Positions 27,817 through 36,700 of a DNA stretch of 64,000 nt are shown piece by piece. Where the stretch lies: assembly GCA_041484665.1 (NCBI GenBank), contig JBGPIA010000001.1, positions 704,001 through 768,000 of the forward strand. Direction: 5' to 3'. How positions within the stretch are numbered: position 1 is the stretch's first letter; each line of letters opens with the position of its first letter. This DNA comes from Candidatus Krumholzibacteriia bacterium. Lineage in GTDB: Bacteria > Krumholzibacteriota > Krumholzibacteriia > JAJRXK01. A program made the translations under genes and the position numbers. A model generated the notes under the pieces. That model saw nothing but the letters and a program-made list of their open reading frames with translations. It was not told the origin of the DNA and did no database searches.

Positions 27817-28833
27817 CTAGACATCCTCCACGGCAATTGGGCGCCGCTGCGTCAGGGAGCGCTTCGCCGCCAGGGCCAGGTTGACGGCCAGCAGGCCGTC
27901 GCGTCCGGTGACCGGCGGCGGCGTGTCGTCCACGATGCACTGGGCGAAGGCCCGCAGCTCGGCGACGTAGGAGTCGCGATAGCGCTCCAGGAAGAAAAAC
28001 AGCGGCCGATCGTGCTGCTGGCCGCTCTCGTTCCACAGGCTCACCTGGGTGGGGGTGCTGTTGCCGGCGGTCAGGCAGCCGCGGCTGCCGAAGACCTCCA
28101 CGCGTTGGTCGTAGCCGTAGACCGCCTGGCGCGAGTTGTCGATGGTGGCGATGGCTCCGCTGCGGTAGCGCAGCAGTGTCACCGCCGTGTCTACGTCACC
28201 GGCCGCGCCGATGTCCGGGTCGATCAGGGCGCTCCCCGTGGCGAACACCTCCACCACCTCCTCCTGCGCCAGGTAGCGCGCCATGTCGAAGTCGTGGATC
28301 GCCATGTCCAGGAACAGCCCCCCCGAAATCTTGACGTAGTCCAGGGGCGGCGGCTGGGCGTCACGGCTGGTGATGCGCACCAGCTGGGGCGCGCCGACCT
28401 CGCCTCTGCGCACGCCATCGGCCACGCGCTTGAAGCTGGGATCGAAGCGCCGGTTGAACCCCACCTGCAGCTTGACGCCGGCGCGCTCGCACGCGGCGAT
28501 GGCGCCGCGGACGCGTCCAGCGTCGAGGTCGATGGGCTTCTCGCAGAAGATGTGCTTGCCGGCAGCGGCGGCCTGCTCGATGAGGGCGGCGTGGGTGTCC
28601 GTGGAGGAGCTGATGACGACCGCGTCGATCCGGGGGTCGTCGAGCACGGCGCGCGGGTCGGCGACGGCGCGGGCGCCAGGACACGCGCTGGCGGCTTCCT
28701 CTGCCGCGGCCAGACGTACGTCGGCGACGGCGGCCACGCTCACGCCCGGCAGCTGGAATGCGAGATTCTCCGCATGGAGCCGGCCGATCCGCCCCGCCCC
28801 GATCACCCCGACGCTCAACGTCCTGGAAGACAT
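27817..28833 (-). CDS. iolG: Inositol 2-dehydrogenase
   Basis: GAGRIG, FCEKP, GFNRRFD, ITSRD, DMAIHDFD and YGYDQR.E. Confidence 0.93.
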   Translation of the reverse strand: MSSRTLSVGVIGAGRIGRLHAENLAFQLPGVSVAAVADVRLAAAEEAASACPGARAVADPRAVLDDPRIDAVVISSSTDTHAALIEQAAAAGKHIFCEKPIDLDAGRVRGAIAACERAGVKLQVGFNRRFDPSFKRVADGVRRGEVGAPQLVRITSRDAQPPPLDYVKISGGLFLDMAIHDFDMARYLAQEEVVEVFATGSALIDPDIGAAGDVDTAVTLLRYRSGAIATIDNSRQAVYGYDQRVEVFGSRGCLTAGNSTPTQVSLWNESGQQHDRPLFFFLERYRDSYVAELRAFAQCIVDDTPPPVTGRDGLLAVNLALAAKRSLTQRRPIAVEDV

Positions 28834-29182
28834 GGCCATCCGTCCCACACTCGGCACCCCATCCCGCGCCGGCGGCCGGAAACGCATCGCCCCCGCGGCA
28901 AAACGCCCTGCTGGGCGGGCGATCCAGCTTGCCGGAGCCTCCGGAAAAGGCTTAGCAGGCGCCCCGCGCGCCGGCAAGGACAGGAGCAAGCCGGGTGCCT
29001 GCGCCCGGCGTGCGCCTGCCCGGCCGCCGCGAGACCGGCACGAGATGCCGGCTGGCCGGCGACCCGCCTGCGCAGGCCGCAAGCTGGTCTTTCCTTTGCT
29101 TCATGAAGGGACTTGAGCCAGTATGTCAAGGCTGCGAACGCAACACCCTGGATCCGACACCCCCTCCGCCCGTCCATCTACC

Positions 29183-31033
29183 ATGCCCCGCGCAGTGCAG
29201 ACCTCCCTCGACGAGCTGGCCGACCGGTACCTGGAGCTCCACCAGCACAAGGAGCAGCTCTTCTGGCGGGTGATGATGGGCCTCTCCCAGGAGCACGCGC
29301 AGCTCCAGGAGGCCGAGGTGGCCCTGCGCAGCTTCGTCAGTGACCCGGCGCGGCTGGCCGACCTGCGGCGCCAGCGCAGCGAGCTCGGACTCTCCCCTGC
29401 GGACGCTTCCGTGGTGGATGGCTGGATCCAGCTCTTCGCGCGCAATGTGGTCGAGCAGCCCCGTGCCCGGGCCATGCAGCGCGAGCTCATCGCCCTGGAG
29501 AGCGAGCTGGAGCGCCAGCGCGGGCAGATGGACCTGGGCTACGTCGACCCGGCCACCGGCGAACCGGTCGCCGCCACTTCGATCGTGCTGGGCAACATGG
29601 TGCGCACCGAGCGCGATGAGCCCCGGCGCAAGTCCGCCTGGGAGGGGTTGCGCACGATCGAGGAGTTCGTCGTGCGCCACGGATTCCCCGAAGTGGTCGT
29701 GGCGCGCAATCGCTTCGCCCGCGCGCTGGGCTACGAGGACTATTACGACTACAAGGTCCAGTGGGCCGAGGGCTTCGACAAGAGGACCTTGTTCGTGCTG
29801 CTGGACGATCTCGAAGCGCGCACGGCGTCGCGCGCCCGCGAAGATCTGCGCACACTGCGCGGCCCCTCGGGTGTCGATCCGGCTGTGCCCTGGAACCACG
29901 CGTACATCACGTCCGGCTCCCTGGCCCAGGAGAAGGACCCTTACTTCAGGTTCGAGGACGCCCTGGAGCGTTGGGGACGCAGCTTTGCGGCGCTGGGGAT
30001 CCGCTACCGCAAGGCCAGCGTGACGGTCGATCTCATCGACCGCAAAGGCAAGTACGAGAACGGCTTCATGCACGGGCCCACCCCGGCGTTCCTGCGGCGC
30101 GGGGAGTGGCTGCCCGCTGCGATCAACTTCACCGCCAACGCGGTGCCCGACCAGCCCGGCAGCGGGCTGCAGGCGATGGTCACCCTGTTCCACGAGGGCG
30201 GCCACGCGGCCCACTTCGCCAACATCGTGACGGCTGCGCCGTGCTTCAGCCAGGAGTTCGCCCCCACTTCGGTGGCGTTCAGCGAGACGCAGTCGATGTT
30301 CTGCGACAATCTGCTGGGCGACGCCGACTGGCAGACGCGCTACGCGCGCGACGCGCAGGGCAAGCCCATCCCCTTCGAGCTCATCGCGCGCGCCCACACC
30401 CTGCGCCAGCCGGCAGCGACCTTCGACATCCGCAGGCTGCTGACCGTCTGCTACTTCGAGCGAATGCTCTACGAGCTGCCCGAGGCCGAGGTGACGCCGG
30501 ACCGCATCCTCGCTCTCTGCCGCGCCGTCGAGCAGCGGCTGCTGTTCTTCGACCAGGGTTCGCCGCGTCCGACGCTGTCGATCCCCCACCCCCTCAGTGG
30601 TGACGCATCGTGTTACTATCACGGCTACGTGCTGGCCGACATGGCGGTGGCCCAGACGCGCGCGCACTTCCAGCGCCGCTACGGTCACATTCTGGACAAT
30701 CCGCGCGTGGGCGCCGACCTCACCGAAACGTACTGGAAGCCCGGCAACGCGGTGACATTCCTGGAGTACGTCCGGCGCCTGACGGGGCGGCCGGTGTCGG
30801 CCGACGACCTCGTTGCCCGCGCTAACCGCAGCGTGGAGGAAGTCGTGCAGGAGGCGGCGGAAGCGGTGGCGCGGCTGCCGCGCATCCCCGAGCACCGCGG
30901 ACCGGTCGACCTGGATCTGGAGCTGGCGGTGGCGCACGGCGCCGAGCTGGTGGTGCGGCCGGGCGTGCCCTTCGCGCAAGCGGCCGAGACCTTCCGGCAG
31001 TGGGTGCGCGCGCGCTGGCCGCAGGGCGGCTGA
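29183..31033 (+). CDS. M3-family zinc metallopeptidase
   Basis: TLFHEGGHAAH zinc motif, downstream ETQSMF, RKGKYENGF. Confidence 0.88.
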   Translation: MPRAVQTSLDELADRYLELHQHKEQLFWRVMMGLSQEHAQLQEAEVALRSFVSDPARLADLRRQRSELGLSPADASVVDGWIQLFARNVVEQPRARAMQRELIALESELERQRGQMDLGYVDPATGEPVAATSIVLGNMVRTERDEPRRKSAWEGLRTIEEFVVRHGFPEVVVARNRFARALGYEDYYDYKVQWAEGFDKRTLFVLLDDLEARTASRAREDLRTLRGPSGVDPAVPWNHAYITSGSLAQEKDPYFRFEDALERWGRSFAALGIRYRKASVTVDLIDRKGKYENGFMHGPTPAFLRRGEWLPAAINFTANAVPDQPGSGLQAMVTLFHEGGHAAHFANIVTAAPCFSQEFAPTSVAFSETQSMFCDNLLGDADWQTRYARDAQGKPIPFELIARAHTLRQPAATFDIRRLLTVCYFERMLYELPEAEVTPDRILALCRAVEQRLLFFDQGSPRPTLSIPHPLSGDASCYYHGYVLADMAVAQTRAHFQRRYGHILDNPRVGADLTETYWKPGNAVTFLEYVRRLTGRPVSADDLVARANRSVEEVVQEAAEAVARLPRIPEHRGPVDLDLELAVAHGAELVVRPGVPFAQAAETFRQWVRARWPQGG

Positions 31034-31122
31034 CCTCTCCCCACCCAGCCCGCGCCCCTGCGGGGCGTTTGGAACGCCGCGGCCTTCGCGCGCGAGGTCG
31101 CCAAGCTGTAGAATCGAGAGCG

Positions 31123-32004
31123 ATGAGCCAGGTGACGCGCATTCCGGACTCCGAGGCCTTCGCCCGCATCAGCGCGCGCCTGCGCGCGGTTGTCACGTCC
31201 GACGCCTTCGCATGGTGGGAGGCGGGCCGGCAGAGGGTCACTGGCGGCGACCCCGCACCGCTAGCCGCCCTCTTCCCCGCGCTCGTGCGCAAGCTGGGGC
31301 GCGATCCGCTTCTCGAGCCGACCGACGCCGGGCGCTTCCTGGCTGGCGAGCGCTTCCTGGTGGATCTGGCCGCCTACCGGCGCGCCGACGCCGCAGGTGC
31401 GCTGCTCGCGCTGGCCGCCGTCGCCGGCGGCGCCGACCCGTCGTTCCTGCGCACGCGTTTCAATGAGGGCGACCTCGACGAGCGGACGACCGTCCTGCGC
31501 ACGCTGCCGTTCTTGGGCGGCGCGCCGGTGGTGCTCGACCTCATGGGGGAAGCCCAGCGCTCCAACACGCAGGACCACTTCGAGGCGGCCGCCTGCGACA
31601 GCGACGTGGCGATGCGGCGCCTGCCGCAGGCCGATCTCAATCGCATGGTGCTCAAGATGGCGTTCCTGGACGTGCCCGTCTGGCGGATGCTGGGCGGTCT
31701 GCAACGGGCCGACGGGGAGCTCAGCCGCAAGCTGCAGGACTTCGCCACCGAGCGCGAGGCCGCCGGACGCCCGGTGTGGGTGGGGACGCTCGCCTTCATT
31801 GCCCGCGCGCCGGTGGACGGGACGCGCGCACGACTGGTCGGCCACCTGGAGCACGGCGACGATCGCCAGCGCCTGGCGGCCGCACAGAACATCGCCGTGC
31901 TGCGCGACCGGTCGCTGGCGCGCTACGTGCGCGAGCGGCTGGGACGCGAGCTGAGCCCCGCAATCCGGGCCGCAATGCACGAGGCCCTTGCGAAGCTCGA
32001 GTAG
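31123..32004 (+). CDS. eboA: EboA-domain protein with C-terminal HEAT-like extension
   Basis: GDLDER..VLR.L, R.N....FEA, LN.MVLK.AF and DFA.ER.AAGRPV; adjacent to an EboB-type TatD gene. Confidence 0.8.
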   Translation: MSQVTRIPDSEAFARISARLRAVVTSDAFAWWEAGRQRVTGGDPAPLAALFPALVRKLGRDPLLEPTDAGRFLAGERFLVDLAAYRRADAAGALLALAAVAGGADPSFLRTRFNEGDLDERTTVLRTLPFLGGAPVVLDLMGEAQRSNTQDHFEAAACDSDVAMRRLPQADLNRMVLKMAFLDVPVWRMLGGLQRADGELSRKLQDFATEREAAGRPVWVGTLAFIARAPVDGTRARLVGHLEHGDDRQRLAAAQNIAVLRDRSLARYVRERLGRELSPAIRAAMHEALAKLE

Positions 32005-32060
32005 CACGCCACGCAGCCTGGAGTCGAACACCCCCGCACGCCGACAACGGAGTCTACGTC

Positions 32061-32942
32061 ATGCGCATCTTCGACCCGCATATCCACATGACCAGCCGCA
32101 TCACCGACGACTACCAGAGCATGGCCCTGGCCGGCGTGCGCGTGGTGCTGGAGCCAGCCTTCTGGATCGGGCAGCCGCGCACCCAGGTCGGGACGTTCAT
32201 CGACTACTTCGACATGTTGCTGGGGTGGGAGCGTCACCGGGCGGCCGGCTTCGGGATCCACCACGTGTGCACCATGGCGCTCAATCCCCGCGAAGCCAAT
32301 GAAGACCGCGTCAATGCTGGGGTGATGGAGGTCCTGCCGCGCTATTTGGAGAAGAACGGCGTGGTGGGCGTGGGTGAGATCGGTCTCGACGACCAGACTC
32401 CGCGCGAGGAGAAGTTCTTCCAGGCCCAGATCCAGCTGGCCGTCGAGCACGACCTGCCCATCCTGGTGCACACGCCCCACCGCGACAAGAAGAGGGGCTT
32501 CGAGCGCTCGATTGCTATCATCAAGGAGTCCGGCATCCCGATGGAACGCGTGCTGCTCGACCACGGAAACGAGGAGACGATCAAGCTTACCTGCGACCTG
32601 GGTTGCATGTCTGGCTTCTCGCTGTATCCGAACACGAAGATGAGCCCCCAGCGCATGGTGGCGATCCTCAAGGAATACGGCGTCGAGCGCATGATCGTGA
32701 ACAGCGCCGCCGATTGGGGGGTGAGCGACCCCCTCATGGTGCCGCGCTGCGCGACGCTCATGCAGCAGGCCGGCTTCACCGCCGAGCAGGTCGATCAGGT
32801 CGTCTGGCGCAACCCCGTGGGCTTTTTCGCCCAGTCCGGGCGGCTCGATGTCGCGCAGCTCGAGCAACCCACCAGCGTGCACAAGCGCGACCTGTTCCTG
32901 GGAAACAGCTTCTTGCGCGGACAAGACCCCGAAGCACTCTGA
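32061..32942 (+). CDS. eboB: TatD-family hydrolase, EboB type
   Basis: DPHIHMTSR.TDDY, EPAFW.GQPRT, GEIGLD, HTPHRDK, DHGNE and NSAADWG.SDPL. Confidence 0.88.
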   Translation: MRIFDPHIHMTSRITDDYQSMALAGVRVVLEPAFWIGQPRTQVGTFIDYFDMLLGWERHRAAGFGIHHVCTMALNPREANEDRVNAGVMEVLPRYLEKNGVVGVGEIGLDDQTPREEKFFQAQIQLAVEHDLPILVHTPHRDKKRGFERSIAIIKESGIPMERVLLDHGNEETIKLTCDLGCMSGFSLYPNTKMSPQRMVAILKEYGVERMIVNSAADWGVSDPLMVPRCATLMQQAGFTAEQVDQVVWRNPVGFFAQSGRLDVAQLEQPTSVHKRDLFLGNSFLRGQDPEAL

Positions 32943-33188
32943 GCCGCGGGCGGGCCCCGCTGCGCTTGGACCCCCGGGAACCTTCGCACCGCCCGCACCG
33001 TTGTTTCCAGCCACTGGCGCTGCGTTGCAAGCGGCGCAGGCGACGGCGCGGCGGACACGCACTCGGGACACCGTGGGTGACTTGCGCGGCAGCGGAGTCT
33101 TGACGTGATTGCCGACTCCGCGCGCGCGGAGCACGGCGGTGTGCCAGCGTTACGGGATAGCGCAACTCGTGCGTCCACGCGTCGGACG

Positions 33189-33204
33189 TGGCCCGAAGGT
33201 TGCT
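33189..33204 (+). promoter_or_regulatory. Probable sigma54 promoter
   Basis: TGGCCCG-AAGG-TTGCT, one mismatch to consensus, about 85 nt upstream of a small ORF. Confidence 0.55.
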
Positions 33205-33287
33205 GCACCGGAAGATCGGTCCAAGGCAAGGGGCGCCGGAGCCGCCTTCGCACCAGCCACGCCAACGACCAGAGTGAGGTCGGCGTC

Positions 33288-33653
33288 TTGATCCCCCGCA
33301 ATCCAGTCACGACCGCACAGAGAGCCCGTAGCGGGCGCCGCGACCTCTGGCTCTCGGTGGTGAGGGTCCAGGCCATGGTCGCGTTGATCGTCGGTGGCGT
33401 CGCGGCCTTGATGCTCTCGTTCACCCACACATTCAAATGGGTGCCATCGTCGGTGCTGCTGCTGACGTACGGGCTGCTGACGCTAGCCTGGAGCACGCGC
33501 GGACGGAAGTCGGACAGGCATGCAGTGGTCGAACCGGCGCGCTCGGAACGCTCGAACGCATCGACCGTGGGAGACCTGTCCCCCAAGGGCGGCGGTATGG
33601 GAAACCGGCACGCCGACCACGACCGCGGTCTCGATCCCATCTCCAGCCGGTAG
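33288..33653 (+). CDS. Small hypothetical membrane protein with two TM helices
   Basis: Two hydrophobic segments; GAGGT RBS before TTG 33288; preceded by a sigma54-like site; start uncertain. Confidence 0.5.
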   Translation: MIPRNPVTTAQRARSGRRDLWLSVVRVQAMVALIVGGVAALMLSFTHTFKWVPSSVLLLTYGLLTLAWSTRGRKSDRHAVVEPARSERSNASTVGDLSPKGGGMGNRHADHDRGLDPISSR

Positions 33654-33785
33654 GAATCGCGCTCGGCGCTGGTGCATGCCACGCGAGCGCAGCGGCCGCG
33701 CGCGCCGACCGCGGTGCCGGGGATGCGCTCGCGCGTGGTCGCCACCGGCGCCGGCTGCGCGCTGGTCCGACGGACAGCCCGTCCC

Positions 33786-36700
33786 CTATTTCACGAGCAA
33801 CGCCTTCTTGACGTCGCGGAAATTGCTGGCCGCCAGCTCGTAGAGGTAGACTCCGCTGGCGACGAATCCTCCGCGATCGTCATGCCCATCCCACTCCACT
33901 GCGTGGTAACCCGCCGGCAGGTCCTGGGCGAGCAGGTTGCGCACGAGGCGCCCCGCCACATCGAACACGCGCAGCCGCACGAAGCCCTGCACCGGGGTCT
34001 CGAAGCGCAGCGTCGTGCGTGGGTTGAAGGGATTGGGGATGGCCGCGAGCAGGCGGAAGGCGCTGGGCGGCGTTACCACCGACGCGCGCGCCAGCTGCGC
34101 GATCTCAATTGCCAGCGTCTGACCGTCGACGCCGAGCGCTTGCACCTCGCGCGGCTGCAGGGCCCCGCCCAACTCGCCGAGCACCTCCAGCTGCAGGGTG
34201 AGCAGCGTGCCGTCGCCGCGCAGCGTGGCGCCCTGCCCGAGCACCGCCAGGTCGAGCACGACCGTCCCCGCTGCGGCGGACTGCCCGGCCGCGTCGGAGA
34301 CGAACACGGGAGCACCGGCAACGTCGAGCACGTCCGCGCGGCGGAAGCCCAGGTAACGCAGGCGCTGCCGGTCGTACTCCAGGGCGACGTGCAGCGCCTT
34401 GAGGGCGCCACCGTTGCCGCGGATCTGCAGTGGAAGGTCCACCTGCGCTGGCGCCCCAGACGCAGGCGTGCCGCCCAACGATCCGTTCGCGGGCTGCGCC
34501 CCGCCCGCAGGGGCGGTGAACGCCGGCTCGCCCAGGGCGATCCGCAACGGGCCGGAGTCGGGTTCCTGCGGCAGCACCGCCAGCGGCATCGCACCCAGCT
34601 TTGCCGGCGCCAAACCGAAATTCAGGGCGAAGACGACCAGGTCGCTGAAGTCGACCTTGCCGTCGGTCAACGGCAGTCCCGTGCCAGTGGCGTCGGAGGT
34701 GGGACCGATGTCGGCGCCGCCGAGGTAGGCGGCGTTCCCCCGCTGCAGTCCGTAGGTGAGGGACAGGACCGGGAGATCGTGGGCTCCGTCCACGCGTCCG
34801 TCGAAGGCGGGCACCGGCTGCCCGCCCGCGCCGAGGTCGCCCAAATCGCCCAGACGATAGTTGGTCGCACGCTTGCGTGGCGCGCTGGCCAGATCGGACA
34901 GATTCCCGGCCGCGTCGCGGCTGAGCGCGATCAGCGAGACGATCGTCCGCTGCGGCAGCGGCACCGTGTACGGCAAGGTGAGCGGCGCGTCGAGCTGCAG
35001 CTCGGTCCAGCCGTTGGCCGGAGCGCGCGCTTCGGTCAGGGTCGCAGGCCAGGCCGGGGCGGGCACCGCATCGTCGAAGTCCGGATATCCCGCATCGGCC
35101 GTGAGGCTCCAGGGACGGTAGAACAGTGTGAGCCCGGCAAAGTCGGCGGCGGGGGGCGTGATCCCCAGACGCACGCCCTGGTGAAGCGGCAGAAGCGTCA
35201 GCGCCGTCGGCGCGCCCGGCGGGGTCAGGTCGATGGCGCGCGCTGCGCCCACGGCCTGCGCAGAAAGCGACTGCGGCGGGTCGGCGACGTCCACCAGCCC
35301 CATCACGGTCAGCGGCAGCGCCGAGGCGCCCTCCGGCGCGCCCGGCTGGACCCGGAGCGTCACCGTCGCCAGCACTCCAAAGCCGTGCGCGCCCGGGGTG
35401 GCGCCGAGCAGGCTCTGGTCGATGCGGATGGTCCCAGGCGCGGACGTGTTGGCGGCGAAGAAGCTGGTCGCGCCGCCCGTCGTCTCCAGGAACGGCCCCT
35501 TGACCGCAGAGACCACGCTGAAGACCGCTGGGTCGTAGCCGATCTCGGCGCTCACCCCGCGCAGTGGATTGCCGCCGCCGAGATCGTCGTAGCGCAGGTC
35601 CAGGCTGGACTGCGCGGCGGCGGCGAGGGCGCCTGCGGCCGGGCTGAGGCTGAGCACGGGAGTGGGCGGCGGTGGCCCGAAGGTCGAGAAGCCCGTCGCG
35701 TAGCTCGCGGCCACCGCTAGGCCGTCGAGGGCGACGCGATAGATGCGCACCTGCCCTAGATCGCCGTCGAAGAAGTTGCCGTAGATGCCCGCGCCGCCCG
35801 AGGTGCCGCCGCCCAGCACGAGCTCGGAGACCTGGCTGCCCAAGCCCGTGGTGGCGCTACTGTAGCGCAGCGCGCCGTCCACGTAGGCACGTACGCCCGC
35901 TGCGTCGTAGGAGAGTGCGACGTGGTGGAACGTTCCCGCGGTCACCGGCGCGAGGGCGACCCAGCGAACTAGGCGCGCGCGCAGGGAGTCGTTCTGGACG
36001 GCGATCGCGCACCCCGGCCACGGACTCGCGTAGGACTGCACCCACTCCAACGCAATCTGGCGCGCGGCGAGATTGCTGCCAGCGGCGAGCCACAGCTCGA
36101 CGGTCGCCGTAGTGGGTGACTGGAGCGCGGCCAACCCCCCGGCCGAAAGCGTCGCGCGGTCGTCGATGCCGTCGAAGCGCAGCCGGTACGGATCGCCGCG
36201 CACGCCTTGGCCTCGCCAGCCGCTCGCGGCTCCCGGGGACGTAAACCCGGAGAGCCCCACCGCGCGGCCGGCGACAAGATCGACCCACGGCCCGGCGGCG
36301 CCGGGCACCGCGGGCGGCGTGGAGCCGTTGGCGCGATCGGCGCGCAGCTCGAACGCGAGGAGCGGCGGCGGCGAGAGCGTGAACCCGCCGGCCAGCACGC
36401 CGCTCTGGCCATTGGGGTTGGTAACCACCACGTCCCACGCACCCGGAGCTGCGCCCGTGAGGGGCAGATTGCAGGTAAGCTGCGTGGCACCGGCCACCGC
36501 CACGCTGGTCGCGACGATGTCGGGCTGGCCGGCGCGTCGCAGCCTCACGGTCGCGCCGGCCACGAACGCGTCGCCGGTGAGCTGGACGCCGGTGAGATTG
36601 CTCTCGTTGGTGGCCGCCGCGGGCAGGATCGTGGTGAGCAGCGGAGCGTTCGCGTAGAGCGCGGCGCTCTGGGCGAGGCGCACGGCGACCTGGCCCGCCG

